DNA from: Nageia nagi
Lineage: Eukaryota > Plantae > Pinophyta
NCBI GenBank assembly: GCA_050084985.1
Contig: JBITNC010000001.1
Coordinates: 88,350,001 to 88,414,000 of the forward strand
Reading direction: 5' to 3'
DNA length: 64,000 bases
The notes under the pieces are model-generated. The model was not told where the DNA came from. It worked only from the letters and a program-made list of their open reading frames with translations, and made no database searches. This document shows, in pieces, positions 41,576 to 54,554 of this stretch (positions within the stretch are counted from its first letter, which is position 1; every line of letters begins with the position of its first letter). The position numbers and the translations under genes were made by a program.

Positions 41576-42636
41576 CCTTCCTATGTTTTACTTATACTAT
41601 AATTGCAAGCTCTCATAGCCTAATGGAGTTCCACTACACTTATATGAAATAGAAAAGGGTGAACTAAGAAAATAAATAAATGAATATATAAATTATAATC
41701 TATAGATCTAAGGAAGATAATATCTACCAACTTTAAAATTTCTTAATTAACTAAATGAGTTATTTTTTATACTTATCTTATTATATTTTGCTTAATGAAC
41801 TTAACATCATTATTAACAATGAGGTCATGAACTACTAAATTAGGTATATTTGTAACACTCTATCTTATACACTTAAGATAGAATACTACTTTAACATCCA
41901 TCCCATATTTTATTGAAAGATGAGAACAATTTTTTTTTCCTAAGTATAAACCAAGTATTAATTGCATTCAATTATGAACAAGTTGGAAGTTATTTTTGAA
42001 CCATTTGGAATATAAAATTACAAATATGTTTCTGCAAATAACAATTTCAAGTTATTTCAATCATTAGTCTAGAACTCTTTATAAATGAATACCATTTTTA
42101 ATTATTTAACATAACTCATTAAATAATATCACATGGCTTGTCTTTGTATATTCTTCTAAGGGTTGCTTTACATAAGTCACAAGGAAGACCTTCTCATAAA
42201 TATAGTGATTTCTTGATGATGTGACATACATAACTCATATTTCAAGAGAATTTCTCGATTATCTTAGCATAAACTCGCTTTGACAATCATACTTTCTAAA
42301 TTAAATTTCATGCCCATACTTAATGGTGTAGCTAGGTTTCGAACCTAAGTTTTTGGTTTATCAAATCCAATAAAATAACATTTCTTGATGATTTTAATGA
42401 ATCATTTCTCCACTTAAAGATATTATTCTATCTCATTTGGTTTATTTATTTATTTCTTCTCAACCTCAATTATTTGTCCAAGCTTGATGCTTCTAGGCGA
42501 GGGAGTTAAATCCTCTGTATTCACATCATATGCATTTCATAGAAAATAAAATAATAAATTAATTTTAATAAAGTGATATTATCTATTTCTAACCCCATTT
42601 GATATAGTCAACTATAATTAAGGTTTTCTCATCCAT

Positions 42637-43944
42637 ATTTTTTTTGGTAATATTGTAGGTGGTTTTTACAAAACCAATAACCAGATTTGGATTGTGAGGT
42701 TCCACAACCTTAACATCTCGTTTATGAATAAGCCATCTAGTTCTAACTTTACTATTATATATGTGTTAGAATTTAAAAGGGAGTTAAAACACTACCTCAT
42801 TTAGCACTTACAAGGCACTTCCCCTAGATCATGTACTTCTAGTTAGAAGATATTAATACAAAAAATTACATTACTCTGGAAATAACAAAAATATTTAGCC
42901 TTAAATTTAAAATTTTATTTCCAGCTTAAATCCTTGGACATCATGATAAGACTACCTTCCAGTTGCAAAAGTTTTACATCTTGCAACTACTATTACTAGG
43001 CGATCTAGTCTTCCTTCATTAGGTTGTATCCTAAAAACACTAGGTACCAACTCTCTATTGTTGAAGGCCCCACAAGGTTCTTCCCCACATTAACATTAGG
43101 GAGAGCAAACCTTTCCAAAGCAACCCTTCTTTTTGTTGTATGTATCCCCAAAAGTTGCCACTCTTTGGTTGTAGGATGCTCTTTAGATTGCAAGGATGAT
43201 CATATCCCCACCAGCAGATAACTTGTTGTACATAATAGAGCTCTTTATCCATCATAATAATAAACCCTAACCTGATTCTTCTCCAAATAAACATTCAAAG
43301 GGTTACAACCTTTAAACTCATCATCCCCTTAATTTTAAACTCAATTTGAGGTTTCCCTAAGACATCTTGATTTATATTTTTTATATCCTTAATTGATTGA
43401 TTGTTATCTTGAGAAACTACTAAAAGCAAAGTTACAATGAAAGTACTTTCAATCTCCTCTAGCGAAAAATGTGCCTTTAAAAAAAAGTCAAAATGTGTCT
43501 TTGAAATCACGAGGGTTTAAGCAAAGAACATGGCATATATCTCGCTTGGGGAAAACCTTAACTCTGAGGAGAAGTCTATGGATCCTTTTGTTGGCGTAAA
43601 CCCCCTCTTCCCTCTCGACAAAACCTCCCTAAACAGGTTTTACATAGTTTGGCTAACATTTAACACTCCCTCCCATTTGGCTTGTTGGCTCACGAGGGAA
43701 GTTTTCGTCTAACCCATTTGACTCTTCGTCATCATCTTCTCCCACCTCTACTGCAGTCTTGAAACCCTCACTTCACTCTAACATTCCATTACAAAATTGC
43801 CTAAATCCATATTTCATAAACCAAAGTAAACACATAAATTGTAATAAAATAGAGTATATTTAATATAAAATATCCATATCCATTTCATCAATATTACAAA
43901 TTCAACAAACTTGATATCCTAACATGTTCATGAGTATATAGATA
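42637..43944 (-). mobile_element. Poly(A)-ended, TSD-flanked non-LTR retro-insertion (~1.3 kb)
   Basis: T8 tail at the left end and 13-bp direct repeat TTTTCTCATCCAT at 42624-42636 and 43945-43957. Decayed minus-strand ORF fragments; no RT seen. Confidence 0.55.
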
Positions 43945-44429
43945 TTTTCTCATCCATTTACAAATACATTATTTGATATTTCAAATTTACATTTGAATAA
44001 TTGAATCATACACAATTACAATTAATCATAATCATAAGGTCATAGGTCTTTTTCTTCAATTTTTGTACAGATCTAAGTGTCGACATCCATCTTCATAAAG
44101 ATTGACATAAATAGTAGTTTAAAGATTAGAGAGGAATCAAAACACTCTTATCCTAAAATAAATAATTAATATTTTAAATCAATTTTCACTTAAAATATTC
44201 ATTTCAAATTCATACTAGAGTTTAAACCAAAAAAGGTTTATTTTTTTTCTAGTTTAAAATGTGTTTTGATTCGGTATGTGTAGAGGAGTTTGAGAGAAGG
44301 ATAGCTAAAAACTCTCAAGTACATAACAAGAGGTCCCATGTTCAAATCTCCCCCTCTAAGACATGAATATATAACATACATTTGATTTTCTTCATGGAGA
44401 CGGGATGTAGTGGTGGACTAAGGCGCATT

Positions 44430-44560
44430 TGAAGCCCCCGTGGCCACTACCTGCCAAGTGGCACGCGCAGCACCCCATTTCAACCTTGAGGGAGATCATG
44501 CGTGGCCAACCTGACGTGGCTATCCAACGTGAACCCAACGCGCCGCATATTTAAACCTCG
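44430..44560 (+). promoter_or_regulatory. CpG-rich Pol II promoter with ABRE/G-box-like cluster and TATA-like box
   Basis: ACGTGGC at 44514-44520 plus CCGTGGC, GCGTGGC, ACGCGC and AACGTG; TATTTAAA at 44548-44555, ~60 bp before the ATG. CpG density contrasts sharply with the flanks. Confidence 0.7.
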
Positions 44561-44615
44561 ATCCCAGGTGTAGAGATAATATAGCAGAACCGACTGAAGT
44601 GCAAGGCAGGCAAGC

Positions 44616-44755
44616 ATGGATAAGATATATGGCGGTGACCCTGGTGTTCCCCACTCCGCACCAGGTTTATTTGGAACCATTCTTTATGGATCTCTCTTCT
44701 TCTCCCTCCACTCTCTCATCGATCCTTACCATTGGCAAGGTGTCAGGATATGGAA
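44616..44755 (+). CDS. First coding exon of a small, uncharacterised plant protein (not in the ORF track)
   Basis: MDKIYGGDPGVPHSAPGLFGTILYGSLFFSLHSLIDPYHWQGVRIW plus 2 nt, then a GTAAG donor and T-rich intron start. GGDP.VPH..hydrophobic..PY.W resembles a small conserved plant protein family (recollection, unverified). Confidence 0.65.
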
Positions 44756-45004
44756 GTAAGCAGTTCGTTCCTCTTTTATTTATTTATTTTTTCCATCAAT
44801 TTAATCCTATTTGTTTAAAGATGTAATGGAATCTCTGTATTTTCAAAGCCCTCTTTTTTAAAAAAAAAAAAAAAACAGAACCCTAATTTGTACCGACATT
44901 GGTAAAACCCTTATTTCCAAAACCCTAAACTCAGAAGCACGAAGAAGTTAGTGAAAATTTTGAACTAAAGAGATGCATGATAATGAGATACAATACAGGC
45001 TCTC

Positions 45005-45146
45005 ACTCACCGTACAGAACAAATACAACTAGGGCATGTATTTCCCTGGAGTTGAGGGATTTCTCAATTTCTTATTTCGATACGACCGATATCACCTCCG
45101 ATCAAAATCCTTGAGGTGGATTCGCTGGGATCGGCGCTATTTATAG
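45005..45146 (-). promoter_or_regulatory. Candidate convergent TATA box, short CpG-rich exon and splice donor
   Basis: Minus-strand CTATAAATAG at 45146-45137, G|GTGAGT donor at 45011/45010, then TAGGGTTT telo-box motifs. Confidence 0.4.
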
Positions 45147-47372
45147 AGAAAGGTGGGGAAACTTGAATGAGATTCTGGATCAGAGCAATGGTAGCAAGCA
45201 GTTGAGAACAGTAAAGGAGTACTGTCCATAAGTATTCCATTCCGATTCGTGGGACAGGAAGCAAACATTTCCTTACAGAGGTTGAAACCTATGGAAAAAC
45301 GCATGACCAGCCTGAAGGATAAATCCATTGTTTTTTACTACCCATCTTGCTGGTTTTTTTCACTGGAAGCTGGCACAAGCTCTTTACCCCTTTCCCCCTT
45401 CTACACACATGCAGAGCACAAGGTTCCATCTGCTTCATTGAACATGTTGTGTTACCATTCCTGTATCTACTAGTATTAAAGTGCCAATTTTCGTTGTACA
45501 TCAAAGTGAATAAAACATGTTTACATTTTTATGAGATTATAATTTTTGCTGAATAATTCTTCTCAAATGAAGTGCCTTGATTTGTTAAACCCTGAGATCA
45601 TACAAAAGCTGATGCTGAAAATTATAATGTAAAAAATAGCTATGTACATTATGATTAGCATCGGCATCTTGATCTAGTCTCCACGGCAGCCATCCAAGTA
45701 TTTCCTCAAGATATTTCTGATCAATAATGTGGAGTGTATTAGGCTGGAAATCAAAGAACATAGTATGAGAAAAAGCTGCAGGAGACATTCATATTTTTTT
45801 GTTGAAACATTGTTCAACAAAAACCCTCAAAAACGTTCGTTATTGAAACTTTTCAGTAAGAAGATCCTCCTATGCTTGTGGGCTCCATATCCATTGGAAC
45901 GCAGAAGAAAAGCTTGCACAGATGCAATTGTTACGACACATCAGAGCTCGAAAAACCAAAGCTTCTTCAGACAACAACCACATCCTCTATAACTATTGTC
46001 CCTGTAGAAACTAACTCCTCCCTGTTTTTGAACATCACAAAAAACCCTTCAGCCAGGATAGGCTCTGATGCCTTCCCAACTACAAGCTTAAACCCCTCTT
46101 CCTCCAAGAGCAATGCCTTATCCTTCAGAGCCGATAACAAAGCGCCAATACAAAATAGATCCATAGTCTCTACAAGCGAGAATCTGGATTCTAAAGAAAA
46201 GTCCTTTGGACTTTTAGGAGCCACATCCAGACAACCATTAAATAATACTTCCTCCTCCGCGGGAGAAAAACGAGATTTGAGGGAAAAGTTGAAAACCCTC
46301 ACAACCCTTGCTAAACTTAGACTACCAGTACCCTTCTATGTGCATTCCTCGCTACCAACTGTGAATAAAACAACCTCAGTTGGATTCTCCAAAGCTATGC
46401 TTTTTCCACCATATGAGTCTTCTTCTCAAACCATGTTGCCATCTCATTGCTGTTATACCCTCCTCTAATGGCACCTAGTCGCTTATCCTATGCAATTGCC
46501 ATCCTTAAGGTCTTATTCTTATTTAGTACTTTTAACTTAACTATTAAGGTTTTATTTTAATATACAAATGTAATTTTATTTAAACATTGTAATTTTAATT
46601 TATGTTTAGTTTACCATTTTAGTTTAAATTTAGTTTGTAATTTTAATTTTAATTCTATTTTCAATTTACTTTGATAATCTTTAATAAGTTGTAATTTAAG
46701 TTTAATGTTTAAATTACAGTTATGATTTTTTTAGAATATAATTATTTTATACAATTTTAATTAACAAATATTTATAACCTCTCGATGTTTTATACATGGT
46801 GAGCAAGAGCGGTAGAGGGGGTGTTCGAGAGGTGGTTAGGCTTTCTGCTGATGGAGAGATTTCGAGCAAGGGGGAATTCATGGTGAAAATTCGTGTGGGG
46901 ACCATGTGGTTGTTGTAGAGCGTTTTTTTGATATGAGGGTTGGGGGCTTGCAGGAGGCACTTTGAAAGGATGGAGGAAACACATGGTCCTCCTCTAATAC
47001 CTCGATGGAGATTCGACAAGTGGTTGGCCACTCGAGGGTGAGAATTTGGTCACGAATTGTGCAAGAACAAGGAAAAAAATGTAAGTCCAACCAAATTATA
47101 GACCTACATCCTAAGCAAGGTAATTTGATACCTCTTGCAATTTTAGCTTTTGTGCAAGCCCAAAGGGCATTTGACCTTGTAGGCAAATTCTTTGGGCCTA
47201 GGTCAGACATGTATGCCCTTAGAGGGTGGGCTTTCATGAAATGGAAACCCATAAGAAGCATGGATATTATTGCCTTACCCAAGGGTGCTACTTAATATGC
47301 TTTGTTCAAACCCCCATTGCATTGGATCTGATGGCGAAAAATCGTTCCTATATAATCTACGCTTGTACCAAT

Positions 47373-49368
47373 TGTTGAGCAAAGTGTTGTCATTGTTGTC
47401 AACACATTCAGTGGGACCCACTTGGTGTTGTGATACAGTGTTTGGAGCATAGATAGAGATGTTCAGTGATGTTGAGCATATGTTTGATGCTCGGTTAAAG
47501 TTGGTGCAAGTAATTTGTGCAAATGTGCAAAAAGTGCAAAACTTGTCAAAAAAGTTGTTTGGAACTTATTTGGAGATGTTTGGTGCGTGGACTTGTTCGG
47601 TGCTTGGAAAAAGTTGCAGCATGTTCTTGCAAAATTTCAAAAGATGTAAAAGTTGTTAATAAATTGCAAAAGTTGCAAAAAATGTAAAAGTTGCAAATGT
47701 TGTGCATATGTGCCAATGGACTGTTTTGCGTAGCCCAACATATCATTTGGAGCCTTATTTATCAATTGGAAGTGAAGTTGCAGTGTTGATTCAGTGTTAG
47801 ATGGATTTCGGTCCTATTTTGGATCTTTTGACAATTTTGATATGAACAAGTCAATTTCATTTCAATGAGTGTTCGGACATGACAGATCAGTGTGAAACAT
47901 ATCATGTCTAAAAACATGTCAGCATGGTGTTTGAGGTGTCAACTTAGTGTTCGAGATGATTGGAGGCATTTGCAGTACTTGATTAGGTAATTGTGCGTTC
48001 TTTGTATAGGTTGAAAAGGTGACTCGAATGCCACTTTTTAGGTGGAATATTAAGAAACCCGTTAAGAGTTAGACTACAAAATTTTAATTGAAGGTAGTTG
48101 GTACTAAGATGTTCATACAGTTCAAATTTTAAGTCAGATAGACATTGAGGAAGAAATGATGTGTATTACAAAAAAATAATTTCACTTTTTTCAGTTTTGG
48201 TTAGTTTTGTAAGATAACGGTAAAAAGGTAAAATCCTTCATGTTTGGTTACAAAATTCAAAATATGATGATTGATTGATGATTAGCTGATCAAAATGATC
48301 AACTTTGCTTTTTAAACCATCTCGATCTGAGGTCCTGAGGTATGAGTTTGTGTAAGGTGTCATACTTTGGTTGTGAAGTGTTTGACAAAATGTCTCTTTA
48401 AAATGTGATGGTTTGACGTATTTTACATTATTGAAATATATGAATATATGTTATCATATGATGCGGTTTGTAGAAAAATCATCTTTATTAAAATTAAATG
48501 GCACAACAAAATAATGACATTTTGGAGGTATTCGTGTAAATAGAAATGGCCAGTAAACTTATTTTCTTAAAGAGAATATTGAGGTGTTTTTTTCCTTTAA
48601 GAGAAGTGCAAGAGTCGGTTATATTTTTTAAAAAAAGAGAAAAGATTTGTATAAGGAGTTAAAAAAGGTTTTGGTTTTTCTTAAGAAAAGAGTGAAAAAG
48701 AGATAAGGAAGGGTGTCTTATGATTTTGGCGATAACTTTTGATCCGTGATTCTGTTTGAACCCATTCTTTTTCCATAGCATGCAAAATTCAAAGATCTAC
48801 AAGTTCGTCATGTATCCCATAGGAGACGTCATTGAGATCTAAAAACATCTTGTGATACGAATTCACAATTTTATTTTGAAAGTTTTTGTTGAGCTTGTGG
48901 AAAAAGTTTTTATTGTGAGTGCATAGAATCAACTTTTAAATTGTTGGAGTGTAGTGGGATTGAGATAGTCAGTGTGAGAAGAGATTGAAGTTGTGTAAGA
49001 CTATTCAGGATATTCAAGAAGTGGATTCATTTTTACTATAGCTTTGAGATTTTGCCAAGTAGGTGCTTGGCAATCGGGGTCGGAGCTCCACGTAGTGAAT
49101 GCTACAAAATTTTTGGTTGGTTGGGGCCATTTTCGAAATGGGTACTACTGAAATTTGTAAAAGTCCACCCATTTTATTTTCGATTAGATTTGGGTGGGAG
49201 CCCAAGTAGTCCACAATGATTTTTCCGACATCAAGTTTCCACTATAAATCTTATGTTATGTGATACATGCTTTTGTGAGTGTTTTTGATTACTAGATTTT
49301 TATAGTTGGTTAAAGTTTTAATTCACATTGATTCACTGCCACCTCTCAGTGTCACACATAGTTCAACA
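47373..49368 (+). repeat. Copia 5' LTR
   Basis: TGTTGAGC..CAACA; homologous to 54555-56552. Confidence 0.92.
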
Positions 49369-49370
49369 AT

Positions 49371-49382
49371 TGGTATTAGAGC
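49371..49382 (+). other. PBS, tRNA-iMet type
   Basis: TGGTATTAGAGC (canonical TGGTATCAGAGC), 2 nt after the LTR. Confidence 0.9.
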
Positions 49383-49434
49383 AGGTTCCTAGGTTCGGCT
49401 TAATCAGCTAGGGTAGATCTTGGTTTGTGACACT

Positions 49435-52400
49435 ATGGCTAATGGAGAAGGTTTCTCATCGAACAAAGCACCCTTATTTGATGGAAAAAATTATGCTTTA
49501 TGGAGAATTAGTATGGGAACTTATCTTTGTGCATTGGGATACAATGTATGGGATGCAGTAAAAAATGGATACACAGTGCTTTTTACTCCTCCAACTACGA
49601 TTAACAAAGAAGTTATTTGAGTATGATTCCAGAGCAAATAATGCACTTATGTGCAACTTAGTCGATAGTGAACTTGTAAAAGTGATGGGATGCAAGACAA
49701 CGAAAGAAATATGGGATAAGTTGAAAAGCATTCATGAAGCTGACGATAAGATTAAAGAAGCTAAGCTGCAGAATCATTGAGCTCAATTTGAAGCATTCAA
49801 GATGAATAAAGATGAGACCATAGAGGCTTACATGTTGCGAGTCAATGAGGTTATCAATGCAATTCAAGGACTTGGTAAAAAAAATAGAAGATTCCATAAT
49901 TGTGAAAAAGGTATTGAGATGTCTTTGTCCTTGATTTGATTCTAAAGTCTCAATGATAGAAGAAGCTAAAGATTTGAATAGTTTTAGTATGGATAAAATG
50001 CATGGTTCATTAATTGCATATGAAATGAGAACCGGAAAAATAAAACCGACCGATAAAGAAACAACATTTAAAATGCAAAAAAATGCAATAATCAAATCAG
50101 ATTCAGAGGAAGAAGAACTATCCGATGATATGGAAGCAAATTTTGTTCGCAAATTAAAGAGGTAAGGGAAAACATAAAGGAAAATTGCCATTTAAATGTT
50201 TCAATTGAGGAGATGTTGGACATTTTGTAGCAAAATGTCCTTACAAGAAAAAAAACAATAATGAGAAAGATTCATACAAAGAAAGAAGCAATAGGAAGAA
50301 ATCCAATTTTAAAAGGAACAAACCAAAGAAAAGGAGCTTCATATCAAAAAATGCAAGTTCATCAGATGAGATTACTAGTGGCGAGTTCGAGGAAGAATGT
50401 AATGAAGCATTATTTATGGTATTTGAAGATAAACAATCAAAAGAAGAAGAGATAGATGAAGAAGAAATTGAAGTAGAAGTTGATCTAGAAGGCAAACTAA
50501 TTGCAGCCTTAGATGAATTGGAAAAGGAAAGGAAAAGGCATATAAATACATCAAAAAGACTGGACAATGCAAATGATATTATAACAAGTTTGAACCTACA
50601 AGTCGAGAAATCCAAAACAATACATGAAGATCTAGAGGTGCAAGTTACTGTGAAAATTAAAAATTGCAGTAAATTAGAAGAGGAGATAGTCGGTTTGAGG
50701 ATGCAATTGGAAGAAATGACTCAAAAAATTAATACATATCAAAATTTTGAGGTTAGTTGCATAAAGTTGGGGGAAATAATAAAAGGCCAACGGAATTCTT
50801 CAAAAAAGTTTGGTTTGGGTTTTGAAAAAGGGCAATCATCAAATATGTCAGTGATCAAGAATATAATAATTTTTAAGAAAGAAGAAAATAAACCAGTAAA
50901 AGAGGATGCAAGGCAAGAGAGGAACGTTGATGATGGATTCACAAAAGTTTAACACTAAAGAAGACGACAATTCATGGCACTTGCAAATTCCTAAAATGAC
51001 CACAAATCAAGTTCAATATTTCCTTAATGGTTATTGTTTTAAATGTAATGCTTACGATCATAAGTTATCAGATTGCAAATTTAATGTTGCACTAAGAACT
51101 TTTATAAGTAGGAATGCATTTGTGCCATTAATGGAATATCCGATAGAATGCTATAGTTGTTATAACTTTGGACACAACAAGATTTTGTAGAAACAAATTT
51201 ACTTCAAATAGTATTCAAGATAGAAGATTTCAATCCATGAGGCAAGATAGAAAAATTCAAGAAAACTCTATGCAAGAAACAAAAAATGAAGAATAGGTAC
51301 AAGAGCCCAAACCTAAAGTAAAACATGTATGGAAGGAGAAAGAGCAATTAAAGAATGATGAAGAATCACTAATAGTACAAACAACTTTTAAAGCATAGGA
51401 TAAACCAGTTTCGTGGATACTAGACAATGGTTGTTTTAGCCATATGATCGGAGATAAAAGGAGATTTGAGAAACTACAACAATATGAAGGTGGATCAGTA
51501 AAATTTGGCAACAATGATGGAGCAAAGATTTTTGGCAGAGGCACAATTAAGATCAATGATGAAAAGATCAGGTCAATGGAAGTATTATTTGTGATTGGGT
51601 TGAAACATAGCCTGTTAAGTGTCAATCAAATTTACGATAGAGGACATGATGTAACATTCAAGAAATATGGATGTGAAATTAGAATGGACAATGGTAGATT
51701 AGTTGTAGTTAGCACAAGTACTTCCGAAAATTTGTATACATTGACATAGACTTAGAAGGATCATGTTTGCTCGAAAAGAAGGATGAAGATTGGCTTTAGC
51801 ATAAGAGACTTGGGCATATCAACTTTGACAATTTAGTGAAAATATGTTCAAAGAAGGTTGTGAGAGATATACCTAGTATTACAAAACCATTCAATACCAT
51901 TTGTGATTCATGTCAGAAAAGAAAGCAAACCAGAGCTAGATTCATAGTGAAAGAATATCATAGTAGCAGGCTTTTAGAACTAATACTTACAGACTTGTGT
52001 TGATCCATGAAAACACAAAGCATAAATGGTAATAAATATTTTGTTATTTATTGACGATTATACAAGAATGATGTGGGTACAAATTTTGAAGCACAAATCA
52101 AAGCTTGACATGTTTAAGGTATTTAAGAACTAAGTTGAGAATAAAATGGAAAGATGAATAAAGTGCCTACGGTCAAACAAAGGCGGTGAGTTTATATCAG
52201 AGGATTTTGCAAAGTATTTTCTAGAGCATGGTATCAAGAGACAATTTTCAACAAGGACACCACAACAAAATGGAGTTGTGGAAAGGAAAAATATAATAGT
52301 ACAAGAAATGGCTAGAACTATGTTGATCAAAAGAAAAATAGCAGACAAATTTTTGAAGGAAGCAATTCACACAACAATACACATTCAAAATAGATGCTTA

Positions 52401-54290
52401 TTGAGACCATATGAAAATAAGACACCATATGAGTTGTTGTTTGGTAGAAAAGCAACAGTGAGACATTTCAAGGTGTTTGAAAGAAAATGCTACATCAAGA
52501 GAACTGATGAAAATATCAATAAATTCTAAGATGAAGGCATCTTTCTTAGCTATTCGATAAAACGTAAAGCATACAAGTGTTACAATAAAAGGTTGAGAAA
52601 AATTATTGATAGTGTTGATAAAAAGAGAGAATTACCAAAAATTGATGATGAAAACTTTCCAATTTATGAAGAGATTATTGAAGGAGATGAGGAAGAGAAA
52701 ATAGAAAAAGAATCAACAAATGATTCAGAGGAAGAAGATTTGGAAGAAAATAAGAAATTCAAAACAAGAAGTTGGCAAAAAGATCATCCCAAAGAGCACA
52801 TAATTGAAGATCCTAGCAATGGCATTTAGACAAGAAGAAGAGTGATAAGGACTTATTCCCTTTTATCTAGTATAAAACCTAAAAATGTTGCTGAGACAAG
52901 TCAAGATGAAAGATGGATAAAAGCAATGGAAGAGTAATTGAACCAAATCAAGAAAAATAAAACATGGGAACTAGTACCAAAGTCCAAAAACAAAAATGTG
53001 ATCGGAACAAAGTGGATCTTTTGAAACAAGTCAAATGAGGATGGACAGGTAGTAAGAAACAAAGCAAGATTGGTATGCAAGGGATGTGCGCAACTTGAAG
53101 GTATTGATTTTGAGGAAACTTTTGCACCAGTAGCTAGACTTGAGGTAATTTGAATGTTTCTTGCTCTTGTAGTGTATAAGAAATTCAAAGCATAGCATAT
53201 CAAATGGATGTAAAATAGCATTTTTAAATGGAAAAATTGGAAGAGGAAGTCTGCATTGAACAACTTGATGGTTTTCAACTTTCAGAAGATCCACATATGG
53301 TATGCAAACTGAAAAAGACATTGTATGGTTTGAAACAACCACCTCATGATTAGTGTGCATGATTGGATACATTTCTCTAACAATAAGGCTTTAAAAAGGG
53401 TATGGTTGGTAGCAATCTTTATGTGAAATCTGAAAAGGACTATCAAATTATTATTGTTGTATATGTGAATGATATCATATTTGGAGAATGCAAAGATGAG
53501 TTATGCAAAAAAATTTCCAATCAAATGCAAAGTGAGTTTGAAATGTCCATTATAGGTGAACTCTCACACTTTCTTGGTCTTCAAGCAAATCAGTTAAAAA
53601 ATGACATTTTCATTCTCAAATTAAGTATATTAAATAAATGCTAAAGAAGTTCACTATGGAGGATTGCAAGCCAGTTAGCACTCCAATGACAACAAATTGC
53701 AAGTTGAGCAAAGATGAGAAGTTACCACCAATCAATCAAACCATGTACAAATCTATGATAGGGAGCTTGTTGTACTTGACAGCCACACGATCAGATATTT
53801 TACAGGCGATTTACATGGTTGGACAATTTCAATCAAGTTTAAAAGAAACACATCTCAATAGTAAAATGCATTTTTCAGTATCTCAAAGGAACAATGGATT
53901 ATGGTCTTTGGTATCCAAAAGGTAAGGATTTTACACTTATCTCATATTCAGATGCTGATTGGGCAGGTTGCATGGATGAAAGGAAGAGCACTAGTAGAGG
54001 TGTATTTTATCTCTATGATAGACTTATAGCATGGCATAGTAAGAAGCAAGAGTCAATATCCTTATCTACAACAAAAGCAGAATATATTGCAACAATATCA
54101 TGTTGCATCCAGGTACTTTGGATTAAGCAAACTCTAAAAGATCTTGGTATTCATTTTAGTGAGCCTATTTCAGTAAAGTGTGATAATATAAATGCTATAA
54201 ACATTTCAAAGAATCCAGTAGTGCACTTCCGCATAAAACACATTGCTATTTGATATCATTTCTTAAAGGAGAGGTCAAAAGTTAGAATTT
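49435..54290 (+). pseudogene. Copia gag-pol pseudogene
   Basis: NKAPLFDGKNYALW; CCHC knuckles ~50190, ~51030, ~51145; protease WILDNGCFSHM; HKRLGH; integrase TPQQNGVVERKN; RT IVVYVNDIIFG; RNase H YSDADWAG..KHIAI. Many stops. Confidence 0.92.
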
Positions 54291-54554
54291 GTTCACTTCG
54301 CAAAAAGTTGGGAGTGACTCCACTTCCCAAGCATTGACTAGCATTCAAGAGCACATTCTTAGGCGGAGTGTTTTCTTACTGCCTTATCTTTCTGCTTTTG
54401 TTTGTGATTTTTACTATCAGTACGAATATTTTCCTGATAATGTTGTGTATGGACTCAGGGGGAGTTTGCAGCATCATTTTGTCATTGTTGTCAAAGAGGG
54501 AGAAAAGTTGCAAGTATTTACTTGTGTGTTGCCAACAATTCCAAAGGAGGAGAT

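Larger units (their letters stand above)
30865..43875 (+). repeat. 13-kb tandem segmental duplication, unit 2
   Basis: Junction AAAATAT-CC-TCCTCC fuses the unit end to the 17615 sequence. Roughly 95-97% identical by eye, with deletions in unit 2 (e.g. ~220 bp at ~33935). Confidence 0.95.

Noticed and set aside
44295-44360. Possible tRNA-derived SINE remnant (GAGGTCCCATGTTCAAATCTCCCC)
   Set aside because: Only a weak B-box; no convincing A-box, tail or TSD.
49658-51625. Minus-strand ORFs of 122-177 aa
   Set aside because: Antisense shadows of the copia gag-pol.
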